DNA of 63,149 nucleotides, counting the filler, from Octopus bimaculoides (lineage: Eukaryota): the NCBI RefSeq assembly GCF_001194135.2. It is 6 parts of 6 records of this genome, joined end to end, with 100 filler letters (N's around TTAATTAATTAA, not from the genome) between each part and the next. Parts side by side here need not be neighbours in the genome. Positions count along the whole stretch, not along the records: positions 1 to 14,960 come from NC_068983.1; positions 15,061 to 23,395 come from NC_068990.1; 4 more parts are not named here. One strand, 5' to 3'. Position 1 is the first letter of the stretch; each line of letters starts with the position of its first letter. The notes below the pieces were generated by a model, which did no database searches, was not told the origin of the DNA, and saw nothing but the letters and a program-made list of their open reading frames with translations. This document shows, in pieces, positions 10,877-22,893 of the stretch. Position numbers and translations under genes: made by a program.

Positions 10877-11030
10877 GCAGCGAGCTAACAGAATCTCGAG
10901 TGTCGAACAAAATGCCATGTGGTATTTGTTCCGACCCATTACGTTCTGAGTTGAAGTCCTGCCGACGTCAACTTCGCCTTTCATTCTTCGGGGGCTGATA
11001 AAATAAGTACCAGTCATGTAATGAGGTTGA
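10877..11030 (+). mobile_element. SINE family D
   Basis: GGCAGCGAGCT..TTACGTTCTGAGTTGAAGTCCTGCCG..CCTTTCATTCTTCGGGGGCTGATAAAATAAGTACCAG. Confidence 0.75.
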
Positions 11031-11639
11031 TAGCCTTTTGCTTAAATCAGATACTATATGCACATGGAGAAGGAATTAAAATTTTAGAGACAGGCAACGA
11101 TCTGATAATGGTAGGCATTCTCATGACTGGATGACTCCCAAGGAAAAGAATTACAAATATTTGTCACCTTTTTAAGAGAAATAATTCACCACGAGATACT
11201 TGTTTGTATCAAGAAGGAGAAAACTTATTTTGCTGCTATATTATCAGAGGAAAGTTGTACCAAGTATCTTATTAGTCATTAAAATTATACTTATTTGGAG
11301 AGAGAGAGAGAGAGAGAAAAAAAAGCAAAACATGTGCATTGAAGCAACATTCATATCAAGATTTGTTATGGAAATAAAATACGTGTGTTGAATTTTGTTA
11401 ATTCTTATCTTCTTTCTCTTGGGAAAGATTTAGAAAATATAATTCTTAGAGAAAACATTAGAAATAAAGTACCCAGACATACACAAATATATCTACATCA
11501 CTTTTTCATATTTCGGTGGAAGCCGTTAGTTTATAAGTGAAAGTTATTTTTTATTTCTGAAAAAAAAAAAGAATATATGTGTGTGTGTGTGTTAACAGTG
11601 AACTTGTTTTCACTCCGATTAAACTGGGGTTTGTTACGG

Positions 11640-12200
11640 TTTAGTCAAAAGAACAGGGGCTGTGGCTGCGACCTCCGCAGACCCTTCGAGACATAAAACA
11701 TAGGTGTGGTTGGTTTTCATTTCAACTAAATGCAGGAAAGGGAAATGCGAGTGTTAGGGAGCTGAATTCCAGAGATCCGAGTCCCTGGGAACGAAGGCTG
11801 TGATACAGTGATGAGTGCGGTGCCGTTGAGGGTACGATATGGAGTAACGAGAGAAACAAATGAACCCAATAAACTCTGGTGAGGATGGCATGCAAATGGT
11901 TAACTTCGAGAAGAGGATACTGTGGTTATGATAGAAAAAAGGGGGGGGGGGACAGAAGAGACAAGACAGCGCATCAACAGGCAAAAAGGTTATTGTGTGA
12001 CAACATATCAATCAGATGGGTGGCTTTCCTGGAAAATGTGGCCTGGTATGTTGAGTGTAGCAGTAGCACCGTCCTAGGTATGACAGCATTATTCCATTAT
12101 GGGTCTGACTTGAGCTTTGTAGTGTCAGTAAAATGTTTGGATCTGAAGAATTTTCTGGATATAAAGAAGTAAAGCTAGTCTTATGGATACACTTTTGTTA
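11640..12200 (-). mobile_element. CR1/L2/Jockey-group LINE 3' remnant
   Basis: HYKAQVRPIME*CCHT*DGAT (consensus YKAQVRPxxEYCxxxW) and RTHHCITAFVPRDSDLWNSAP (consensus SFxPRTxxLWNSLP). Confidence 0.8.
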
Positions 12201-12559
12201 TGCTATGAATATCAAGACTAGCATTTATAAGGATTTTTGAGATTTTAGATGCGGTTGTCCCTGATTCTCGGGGTGAGAAATCGAATTTATAGAGTCGACC
12301 AAATCATAAATAAAAAGGAAAACGACAAACAAATAATAACAGGTACATTTCAAGAACTACGCTACTAAACATATATGACCACCACCACCCAAAAGAACAT
12401 AAAAAGAGATAGACTAACAATACAATTAATCTAATTGATTATTTGGAATGACAATTAGCAGGAAGTGTAGATATAACAAATACCGGTGATGATGTTGCCG
12501 AGTCAAAGACAAGCTGATCCTTGTTTTTCTTTTTAAATATAAAGAACAACAATTCCTAC

Positions 12560-12770
12560 CTTCGAGTGACATACGGACCCAAACAAGCTTGTTGATACTA
12601 CCAGCAAGCGAGCAGACTTATTAACAAGCTCTCGCTCTCTCTCTCCGTTGTAAATAGTTTCACTATCTCTCTCTCACACACACTAATTCCCTCCCTCTCT
12701 CTCGCTCTCTCTCTCTCTCTTCTGCTCTACGAGTGATTAACATTAAGCATTAGACCATTAGTCAATCAGT
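12560..12770 (-). other. Candidate non-coding first exon / 5' region
   Basis: Unique sequence with (GA)n tracts and clustered TAAT/TGATTGAC motifs, ending at donor GAAG|GTAGGA (intron starts at 12559 on the minus strand). Weak evidence. Confidence 0.25.
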
Positions 12771-12831
12771 CAGTCCCAGATAAGGAAACTAAGAGTGGAA
12801 AGGAGTGGAGAGAGCAAAGAAAGAGACAGAC

Positions 12832-12869
<38 letters not shown>

Positions 12870-13149
12870 TGGAGTAAAAGGAAGAGGTAAAAGGAAAGTG
12901 GCAGTACGAGAAAGATGTAGAATAAATAAATAATAATGATGATGATGATGATGATAAAATGATAATAATAATAAAAGCCTAAATTACAAACAAACGAAGA
13001 AAGCCAAGCAAGAATCAAAAATGGTAGAAAATAGAACAACCTGAAAATAACTGTGAGGCTTCAGTGACAGAAAGATGGAGCAATAACATTATTAATCATT
13101 TCTTTTTGACTTCGGCAGAAAGCCAATTTGTAGCAGTGGAACGTGTACA

Positions 13150-13225
13150 ATCGGTCAATTCTTATGCTTTTATCCCTCGGGGTTCGATAAAATAACTACC
13201 AGTTAAATACTTCGGGGTCAATTTA
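13150..13225 (+). mobile_element. SINE family D core fragment
   Basis: GCTTTTATCCCTCGGGGTTCGATAAAATAACTACCAGTT. Confidence 0.6.
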
Positions 13226-13380
13226 CACGGTTGCACATCTCTTTTGGGGTTAAAAAAGAAGAAAAAAACACTATTATGGATATTTACTGGGTTTGAACTT
13301 CTGTCCAAGTAGACCTCTGTGCTGTGATGGCCTTAACTAGTCATCCACTCTATCATGTGTGTGTGTGTGTGTGTGTGTCT

Positions 13381-13690
13381 TATCTTTTACTCGAGTCAGT
13401 TACTAGATTATGACCATGCTGGAGCACCATCTTAAAGAATTGTAGTCGAATCGAACCCCAAGTATTCATTTTTCTTTTAAGCCTGGTATTTTGCCTGTTA
13501 GCCGTTTTTGCCGAACCGCTAAGTTACATATAGGATAGGCTCTTTCAGTTTCCGTCTACCAGATCCACTCACAAAGCTTTGGTTAGACCGAAGTTTTAGT
13601 AGAAGGCACTTGCCTAAGGTGCCACGCAATGGGATTGAACTCGGAATCATGTCGTTGGGAAACAAGCTTCTTACTACACAGCCACATCTA
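13381..13690 (-). mobile_element. SINE family A variant lacking the internal microsatellite segment
   Basis: GCCGAACCGCTAAGTTAC is joined almost directly to CTTTCAGTTTCCGTCTACC. Confidence 0.85.
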
Positions 13691-14177
13691 TGTTTTTTTT
13701 TTTGTGTGTGTGTGTGTGTTTTTAGGAAGCATGAGATGGTGGTGATGATGTAGTATTTTGTAGCCTGAACTGACCCCCGTATATTACGAATATTTATTTC
13801 ATTGATACCTTTCCAACACCACCACACATTTCAGTTCCAAGATACACAAGAGATCAGTGGCGGACAGGGTCTAAAAATATTGGTTGCCAGGAGACTAAAG
13901 GGGGCCCAGCCGCAACTACAATGCTATCATTTTAATTTCTTTTTTTTTTTTTTTGTTAAAAGTATTCTTTTCAACTACCTACAAACACAGCCAGGCTGAA
14001 ATAATTAATGCATACTTCCAGGAGTGAAGAAAAAATTCTCAACCTTCAGATACTAACATGGGCCCCGATATATGGATTCTAATGGCGCTAGTGATTCTGA
14101 AAACTGATGCTATCAATCGAAATAATTCAATGCCTGATCAGGCATTGAACTTTCTCAAATAAATAAATGAATATATA

Positions 14178-14960
14178 CAGGGTACGATGGATAAATTGGC
14201 GCCATTTTATATTTTTAATTTCGCGCATGCGCATTATTTATTTTTGATTTTGTCGACTACACAGTATGGTAGGGTCAGTTGGGCACTGTCTGTGAGAAAA
14301 ACAGCACCATGACGCAACTCACTCTGCCAGAAATTTGGAAACGACATGCTGTACTGCTTGGCATTCGCGCCGGATTCTCCAGTACGAACATTTCAGAGTA
14401 TTTGGGTGTCAATCTGAGGACATGTACTGAGAGTGATAAAAATCAAACATCCAGTCAACATCATGGTGTTCGGAGTGATCACTAGTGATGGCGACGTTAT
14501 GCCTCCATTCATCTTCCCACACAGCTTCAGACTCAACGCGGAGGCTTACATCAAGTGCCTGGAGGAAGTAGTGCTACCCTGGGTCAAGAGGGTGGATGCT
14601 GGAAGACTCCATGTCTGGCAACAGGACTCTGCATCATGTCACGCAAGCATGCGAACCCAGTCATGGCTGTCAGACAATTTCTGCAACCACATCACCCCTA
14701 ACATCAGGCCACCTAACTCCCCAGACCGCAACCCTCTTGATTATTATGTGTAGGGCGCAGTTGAGCGAGAGACCAACAAAATTCTTTGTAACACTAAATA
14801 TGAACTGAAGGCAAGGATTATGGCAGCATTCACCAACTTAAACAAGGAGACCATCCAGAAGAGTTGCAGGAAATTCCGAAGTCGTTTGGTGACCGTTGTT
14901 GAAGTCAATGGCGATTTTAATGAATAAATTTACTCTTTAGTATTGCAAGATATTTTTATG
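14178..14960 (+). mobile_element. Internally deleted maT (DD37D) transposon; 3' end lost in a gap
   Basis: Starts TA|CAGGGT. N-terminal MTQLTLPEIWKRHAVLLGIRAG is fused to IMVFGVITSDGDVMPPFIFP..WQQDSASCH..PPNSPDRNPLDYYV; 37 residues lie between the 2nd and 3rd catalytic D. Confidence 0.9.
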
Positions 14961-15060
14961 NNNNNNNNNNNNNNNNNNNNNNNNNNNNNNNNNNNNNNNN
15001 NNNNTTAATTAATTAANNNNNNNNNNNNNNNNNNNNNNNNNNNNNNNNNNNNNNNNNNNN
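14961..15060. other. Assembly spacer N44-TTAATTAATTAA-N44 (artefact)
   Basis: 12-mer at 15005-15016 with stops in all six frames, centred in an exactly 100-nt block. The same block recurs at 23396-23495 and 40402-40501, and around 56488-56499 and 60029-60040. Confidence 0.92.
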
Positions 15061-15084
15061 TATATATATATACTAATCTTATAT

Positions 15085-15115
<31 letters not shown>

Positions 15116-15132
15116 CACACACATTCATATAC

Positions 15133-15166
<34 letters not shown>

Positions 15167-15181
15167 GTATGTATATATACG

Positions 15182-15223
<42 letters not shown>

Positions 15224-15383
15224 TGTGTGTGTGTGTGTGTATATAAGGTTAGTAGAGTTAAAGGTTGGAATAACTGTCTAAGGGAAAAAAATATCCGTTA
15301 TAATAGGAGAACCTAAAAGAAGAACCTTCAGAAGATGAAAGGCTTAATACATTTTATGTATATATATGTGTGTGTATATATAT

Positions 15384-15655
15384 ACTCTTTTACTCTTTTA
15401 CTTGTTTCAGTCATTTGACTGTGGCCATGCTGGAGCATTGCCTTTAGTCGAGCAAATCGACCCCAGGACTTATTCTTTGTAAGCCTAGTACTTATTCTAT
15501 CGGTCTCTTTTGCCGAACCGCTAAGTTATGGGGGACGTAAACACACCAGCATCGGTTGTCAAGTGATGTTGTGGGGACAAACACAGACACAGAAACAAAT
15601 ACACACACATACATATATATACATATATACAATGAGCTTCTTTCAGTTTCCATCT
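15384..15655 (-). mobile_element. SINE family A, 5'-truncated
   Basis: (TACTCTTT)2 tail, body and microsatellite are present; the head is missing. Confidence 0.9.
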
Positions 15656-15816
15656 GAATAGTGGAGGCTGAGGAATCAGAGAGAGAAAGAAAGAAGTGTA
15701 TATTGATATATGCATGTACACACACACATACATATACGTGTGTTTATGCACTATTATATAGGTCCACATACTTACGTTCTTAAACCCATATGCATATATG
15801 TATATATATAAATGTA

Positions 15817-17265
15817 CCTAGGGCCTCATTATATTTATTTAATAGTACTGAAGAGTTGTGTTTTAATATGTGGAATGCCTCTTTTAGGCATAATTTACAG
15901 GCTGTGCAATGACCCTGGTATGGAAACCTTGAATCTATTATGGACCAAGACAAAATGTAAGGAATATTTCTATTTTTGAGATGATGTATGTGACTGGTGA
16001 GTGTTTCGGATTTACTCTGTTTCTCATACCTAAAAGAACTGAGATGCACAGTGTATCATTGTTGAAAATTTATAGTTGATCCTATATATATGGTTATAGA
16101 ATTGTGTAACGTGTTGAGGACAGTGCACTTATAAATTACATTAGACATTCTGCAATGGGTTTGTAGAGGGTGGCAGTTACATGGTAGTGCATTGTGGAGA
16201 TTATTCTCAGGAATGGAGGAGGTAATACTGTCTAAGGAGAGGTTAGAGATGGAGGTAGATTGGTCTATGTTATTAACATTATTATTACTATTTCTATCAT
16301 TGTTGTTATTTATCCTATCTGTAATAGTGGTAGACATTGGGGTCATAGTATTCTGATTAGTGGGACTGGTTGTGGTCTAAAGTATGGGGTTCAATATTGG
16401 AGCTATGTATATGTTGGGTGCTTGTGTATTCAGAGTTGTTACAGTGTAAGTTTTATAATAGAGAGAAAGTTTTTGTCTATTAGAGGTTGTCACTTTTTTT
16501 GGTTGCTTAGGGATAGTGTAATCTATATTTTTAGAAATTAGAGGGGAGTAATAAAGCCCATTATTGTTAGCTGTTTTAGCTTTTGACCTAGTGTTATATG
16601 TGTGCATGTGGGGTCTAAGTTGTCTTAATATGGGGCTCTAGTATAGTGTATGTGTGGTCTGTAGTCATTCTGATGGCTGGGATATCGTTGTGATATGATG
16701 TGAGATACATGTTGCTTGAGACTAGTATTAGAGATGTATTTTATTTGCTGGCAGTGAGCGCTTGGTTGTAATATGGGGCGTGATTATTCAATATTTCTTC
16801 AGTAGATGAGAGGTCAGATATACGCATCGAGATACCCTTAACTATATTATCAAAGGTAGATTTGTGGTGGTTGGAATTAATATTTAAGTACTTAAGGTAT
16901 TGGTTAGGTTTGTGATATGGGGACTATTGGGAGGTTTCTAACATTAAAGTTATGTCTAGAAAATTAGTGGTTTTGTGGGAATTTTCAAAAGTAATAGATA
17001 GGTTGAGGCTAGAGAAAAAAATTGTGTAGATCTTTCCTGACTCATTCAAAAGAGGATTTATTAATGCCCTTGGTGACTAGCAAAGTGTCATCTCTGTAGA
17101 GGCTTCCCTTGATGTTGGGGAAATATATTCGGAGCTGGTGGTGTACATATAGTCCAACAAGGTTGGCAACTTGGGCAGATTTGGATGATCCTATAGTAAT
17201 GTGAAATAATTTGCTATGGTTATGGTTATAGTTATAGTGCTTGGCCCAGCACCAAAGTTTATCAG
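15817..17265 (-). mobile_element. Penelope-like element remnant (RT plus C-terminal GIY-YIG endonuclease)
   Basis: RT: FHITIGSSKSAQVANLVGLY..GSLYRDDTLL..NFLDITL..PYHKPN..NSNH..RISDLSS. EN: PCNC..CRMSNVIYKCTV..YIGST..HLSSFRY..WSII..CKLCLKE..LLNK. Contains several in-frame stops. Confidence 0.92.
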
Positions 17266-17277
17266 GGTTTATATATA

Positions 17278-17510
17278 TACTATAGCCTCAGGAAGACTGT
17301 CATATATATGTGTAAATTTGTGTGTGTCTGTGTTTGTATCCCACTATCACTTGACAACCGATGTTGTGTTTATGTCCCTGTAACTTAGTGGTTTGGCAAA
17401 AGACAATAGAATAAATACAAAGAATAAATCCTGGGGTTGATTTCTTTGACTAAAGATGGTGCTCCAGCATGGCCGCAGTCACATGACTGAAACAAGTAAA
17501 ACAATAAAAA
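17278..17510 (+). mobile_element. SINE family A, deleted in the 5' half
   Basis: ACTATAGCCTC..microsatellite..TTGACAACCGATG..GCTCCAGCATGGCCGCAGTCACATGACTGAAACAAGTAAAA. Confidence 0.85.
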
Positions 17511-17526
17511 ACTTTACCATTTTAAT

Positions 17527-17554
17527 CCCAAGCAATGTTGGGTATCTCTGCTAG
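17527..17554 (+). mobile_element. Helitron-type 3' terminus
   Basis: Hairpin CCCAAGCAATGTTGGG followed by CTAG|T; the 5' end was not located. Confidence 0.55.
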
Positions 17555-17869
17555 TCTATTTATACATACAAAATCCTTCGTATCTCTGTCTGTTCCCAAT
17601 GCATTCTCAAACGGCTCAAACCAAACCAAATCAATTTTTACATGGTAATACTATGAGACCCCTGTGAGTGTCAAGATGTAATTGTTTTGGATTAAAACAA
17701 TGCAACATTGGCACCTGTTCCATAATACATCTCAAAACTCGAAGAACAAAATTGAAACCTTTGACAGAGTAAGTCATAAATATTTTCTCTTTTATATTGT
17801 TTCACTTTTATTCTTTGACTTTTAATAGTTTCACTGTGTATACACATACATGTATGTATGTGTGCGCGC

Positions 17870-17900
<31 letters not shown>

Positions 17901-18149
17901 TATATAGATATATGTGTGTATATATATATGTATATATATATATAGAGTTATTAATATTTCTAAGTCTCTCTAAAGGAGACTACGGCAGCGGTACTGGAAG
18001 TTAATAGTTATCGCCAAGCCAACATGGCAGTCCCAAAATTAGGACGAAAGCTGCCGTGAATTAGCTCCAAGAAGCCATCGCCTCTAGCTAGCTATGTGAC
18101 ACATGAAACCTGCGGAGCTGGGTGTAAGTCCATTAATCCCTTAATTGTT

Positions 18150-19400
18150 AATTAATGAAGTTAAAATCTTCGTTAATGATTTAACTTTTAAGTTAACTTT
18201 GAAAATCATTATCAGACTAATTAACTTCCATTACACTTAGCTTCCGTTAACTCAAGTCCGTTAACCCCAAAATGTCATAAAAGCTGGTAAATGTTTAAAA
18301 GTTTCTTTTGCTTTCAGATTGTCTTAGCATGTTTAATAGTATACATGGTATTCTTTCACCCCTGATATAATGCCACCTATTATTGTAAATAATTTGCAGG
18401 ACCTCATTTGGCTCTGCCTGAATTTGAAACCAAATTGACCCACTAGTTGCTTGCAAAGACAGCGGGAAAATTCTTTACCATGTCAAGAGGGAACAGTGAT
18501 TGATGTCTTTCCACTTGATCCGTGACGTTGCTGAGGTGGATGTCAACGGAGAAAATATTGACTTTCATAAAGTGGAAAAAATAAATGGAAGGAAAACAGC
18601 TGGTAAATTTTTTTGGTGTGAACGCAAATATTTTGGTATGAATGCAAATAGCTGTTACATGGTAGCATAGTATGCTAGAAATAGCAGCCAAATCTTTCCT
18701 TTTCTGGAAAAAGGAGGGGTTTATGTGTGATTTTGATGTCACATTCTTTGAAAGCATGCAAAATAACCCGGAAAAGAAAAAAGACCATTGAAACAAAACT
18801 CCCTTAGTGGGAAACTTTGAGGTCCCCACCACCCCTCCCACCTTTCTTTTCCAGAAAAAATGGCTTGCAGTGGGTTTGAAGGTTAGATATGTTGAATGCA
18901 CTTGAAAAAAAAAAAAAAATGGAAAAAATTATTCCACACTGAGGTATGAAATATTTACCGAAAGAATAGAATCTTATACTGATTATATCTGCATTTTAAT
19001 TAATTTAAATTAATGTACCTCATCTTGAAAAGTGGCAAAATTTCTGTCGGTTGCCATCTGGGATAATTTTAAAAACAAATCAAACCAGCAAGATGCATTA
19101 AGAATTTCACTTTTAGTGTTTATCCATAATGTTATTGTTTTCACACCTGTTAATTAAATATACCTGTCCATAAAAGTCAAATTTACTCAGCAAGATCAGC
19201 TAAAATTATATAACTATAAACCAGTGTTTATATAAAGCTCCCACTGACAAAATTTCAAATCAGTATGTAAATTTTTTACAAAGTTACAAGCAAATATTGT
19301 GGACACCCCTCTTGAATAATTCAAAATAACACGAACAAATAAGCATTACATTTGACGGATTAATATGAACACTAAAGATGTTTTTAGGTGTTTTTTTTCT
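18150..19400. mobile_element. Probable old DNA-transposon remnant, superfamily unresolved
   Basis: GTTAAC-rich subterminal-like segment at 18150-18270 and stop-interrupted coding-like sequence at 18450-18900. No motif recognised. Confidence 0.3.
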
Positions 19401-20465
19401 TACACACACATAACACGGCCTCACTCAAATGGGACTACATGTGTGTTACTTTGACATCATCATTTCATAAAATTTGTTTATGACAAGAAAAATATTGAAA
19501 AATATCAATAGATGTGTGAGTGAAAAAGAAACAAGGGAGGTTTTTGGATGTGGTAGAAACAACAGTCTGATCTCCCTTAAATCACATATTTTCCTCTGAA
19601 ATTATTAATAAATTTCTTTTAAACCACAAATGTTTCTCTCTTAGGTTTTAAGTGCATAGTGAAAAAGAAAAAAGGCCAAAATCGTTTNNNNNNNNNNNNN
19701 NNNNNNNNNNNNNNNNNNNNNNNNNNNNNNNNNNNNNNNNNNNNNNNNNNNNNNNNNNNNNNNNNNNNNNNNNNNNNNNNNNNNNNNNNNNNNNNNNNNN
19801 NNNNNNNNNNNNNNNNNNNNNNNNNNNNNNNNNNNNNNNNNNNNNNNNNNNNNNNNNNNNNNNNNNNNNNNNNNNNNNNNNNNNNNNNNNNNNNNNNNNN
19901 NNNNNNNNNNNNNNNNNNNNNNNNNNNNNNNNNNNNNNNNNNNNNNNNNNNNNNNNNNNNNNNNNNNNNNNNNNNNNNNNNNNNNNNNNNNNNNNNNNNN
20001 NNNNNNNNNNNNNNNNNNNNNNNNNNNNNNNNNNNNNNNNNNNNNNNNNNNNNNNNNNNNNNNNNNNNNNNNNNNNNNNNNNNNNNNNNNNNNNNNNNNN
20101 NNNNNNNNNNNNNNNNNNNNNNNNNNNNNNNNNNNNNNNNNNNNNNNNNNNNNNNNNNNNNNNNNNNNNNNNNNNNNNNNNNNNNNNNNNNNNNNNNNNN
20201 NNNNNNNNNNNNNNNNNNNNNNNNNNNNNNNNNNNNNNNNNNNNNNNNNNNNNNNNNNNNNNNNNNNNNNNNNNNNNNNNNNNNNNNNNNNNNNNNNNNN
20301 NNNNNNNNNNNNNNNNNNNNNNNNNNNNNNNNNNNNNNNNNNNNNNNNNNNNNNNNNNNNNNNNNNNNNNNNNNNNNNNNNNNATATATATATATATGTA
20401 TGTATGTATATATCTGTGTGTGTGTGTGCACGTGTGTATATATATATATATACATATATATATAT

Positions 20466-22347
20466 CCGGCATTGCTCGTGTCACATGGAATTGAAGAATT
20501 ATACTTTTCTTTTATATTTTCTCTAATGAACTGGAATACTTATGATTCCAATTTCCTCAAAATTGGAGATTAAGAATTTTAATGGAGGTTCTTTTCCTCT
20601 TTATACACCCTAACAAAAGTTCCAGTCATGACATATTTATGTCAAACTACTCATCTTTATGCCCAGATTCCAAAATCCAAATCTTATAAAACCCATTTGA
20701 AGGTTTTGCTCCTGAAAAATGGAGCACATGGGGCACATGGTACTCTAAAATGTGGGAGTTAAGGTCCCTTAAAGTCAACCAAAGAAGTTTAATTGTTGGG
20801 AATCTTTTTTAACTTGTGCCTTACATCTTTTGGTCAAATTTCTTTGAAATCAGAAATATATGAATGTTCAGTGGGTTTATAAAAGAGAGCCAAGTTAATG
20901 GAAACCAAAAGACAAATGATCACAATAAGCAGTCAGCTACCCTACCCTAGTTGTTACTCCTCTCTAATGTGGGATTCCTCACCATACAGGTGACTGGCAC
21001 AACTGTAAGCTGTATTATGGATCTATAGCAATTGGAAGGGCACGACCCAACTCAAATAAACATTAACATCTGTGAGATGTGAGGGCTAAGGGGAAATGAA
21101 AGTGTCACCTCTGGAGTTTACCAATGATCAGTATGCTGATAGGTAACTGAACAGAATAAATTTGCAATACATAAATCTCTTTGAATGACCAATCACTTAA
21201 CTGGAAAGGTCTTGAAATCAATGTTACCCACTGGGGACTATCTCTGACCCAGTGATAATAAAAAGACTCAAAGGAGGTCTGCAACTGAATCAGTGGAGGC
21301 AAAGATGCCTCTCCTTTACTTGACAATTTATGCACCACATTGCAGAAATCACAATCTAAATATATCTCAAAGCAAACTCTTACACTGTTGTACCATTGAA
21401 TTACAAATAATGCTCATCTTGTATTCTTGGGTGACTCTACAGCTTCCAAGACTAGAATTATATTCATCTTGGCTTAGGAAAAATGACTAAATTGTTGGGG
21501 TTAAACCCCCATTAAGAGGTCTTACTAACCTCCTAAGAAGTTGAAATTTTAGGAATATTCATTTGCATCTAATATCTATGGTTAAAATTTCATCAACAGC
21601 AAAAATATATGAATTTTCATGGAGGTTATGGCCTCATTTACGCCCCCTCACTATCAAACATATACTGCATTACATCCACCCTTATGCATAGAATATAATT
21701 TCCAAATTTCATAAAGATCCATTCAGTACTTTTGACTTTGTTTTGGATCATAAAAAATGACTAAAATATGGAAGTTAAGGCTCCCATTAGGGGATCTTAG
21801 AATCCTCATGAGAAGTAGAAACTTTGGGAATACTTCTTGATTTGTGTCAATTACCTATGGTTGAAATTTCATCAACATCGAAAATTTATGAATTTTCATG
21901 GGGGGGGTTTTGCTCCTTTTAAGCCCCCTCAAATTCAAACCAAACATACTGCATTATACCCACCCTTATGCATTGAATCTAAGTTCCAAATATCATAAGG
22001 ATCCATTCAGTAATTTTGGTCTATGAAAAATGACTAAAATCTGGGGGTTAAGCTCCCATTAGGGGGTCTTACAATCATCCACGAAAATGGAAATTTTGAG
22101 TATATGTTTTACTTTATTTCTATTACCTATGACTATGGTTCAAATTTCCTCAAAATCTGAAGCATATGAATTTTCATGGGGGTTTGCCCCTTCCCTTTAT
22201 GCCTCCTCAAAATTGTATAAAACATACGGCATTGCCCTTCTCCCTAGGCTTGGACTTTGTGTTCCAAATTTAACTAGGATCGGTTCAGTAGTTTTTGAGT
22301 CTATAAGTAACACACAAACACACAGACATTGATTTTTATATAATAGA
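20466..22347 (-). mobile_element. Non-autonomous Helitron-like element with ~273-bp internal tandem repeats
   Basis: Minus-strand 5' A|TCTATTATATAAAAATCAATGTCTGTGTG..ACTACTGAACCGATC; hairpin-like CCGGCATTGCTCG at the other end (CTAG not preserved). Three diverged units start at TGACTAAA near 21484, 21759 and 22031. Confidence 0.7.
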
Positions 22348-22527
22348 TATATACATATATATGTGCATATACATGTATATATATACATATAAATATACAT
22401 ACTTGGAAATGGATGCGTGACATTCAATCAAATAATTATATATAAATAATAATATATATACATATATGTACATCCATACATATATATGCATTAGACATAC
22501 ATATATGTACATCCATACATATATATA

Positions 22528-22680
22528 TGTTGGCGTTAGGAAGGGCATCCAGCTGTAGAAACTCTGCCAAATCAGATTGGAGCCTGGTGTTGCCATCCGG
22601 TTTCACCAGTCCTCAGTCAAATCGTCCAACCCATGCTAGCATGGAAAGCGGACATTAAACGATGATGATGATGATGATGA
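22528..22680 (+). mobile_element. SINE-like family B 3' part with (GAT)n tail
   Basis: GTTGGCGTTAGGAAGGGCATCCAGCTGTAGAAAC..GCATGGAAAGCGGACATTAAACGATGATGATG. Confidence 0.75.
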
Positions 22681-22721
22681 TATATATATATGTGTATATA
22701 TATATGTATATATGTATATAT

Positions 22722-22792
22722 TCTTTTAGTCTCTTACTTGTGTCAGTCATTTGACTGCGGCCATGCTGGAGCACCACCTCTAGTCAAGCAAA
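22722..22792 (-). mobile_element. SINE family A 3' end, truncated by a gap
   Basis: CAGTCATTTGACTGCGGCCATGCTGGAGCACC. Confidence 0.8.
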
Positions 22793-22893
22793 NNNNNNNN
22801 NNNNNNNNNNNNNNNNNNNNNNNNNNNNNNNNNNNNNNNNNNNNNNNNNNNNNNNNNNNNNNNNNNNNNNNNNNNNNNNNNNNNNNNNNNNNT

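Noticed and set aside
11190-11270. Short inverted repeat AGATACTTG...CAAGTATCT
   Set aside because: Only 9 bp, with no TSD and no second copy; compatible with chance.
16056-17044. In-frame TGA codons in the Penelope-like ORF as possible selenocysteine recoding
   Set aside because: The two TGAs I checked (16056-16058, 17042-17044) fall where Arg is expected and are best explained by CGA>TGA CpG decay. The Cys positions are ordinary codons, TAG stops also occur, and no SECIS was seen.
18443-18901. 152-aa minus-strand ORF as a host gene
   Set aside because: No recognisable domain or splice signals. It is more likely the antisense shadow of a decayed transposon ORF.
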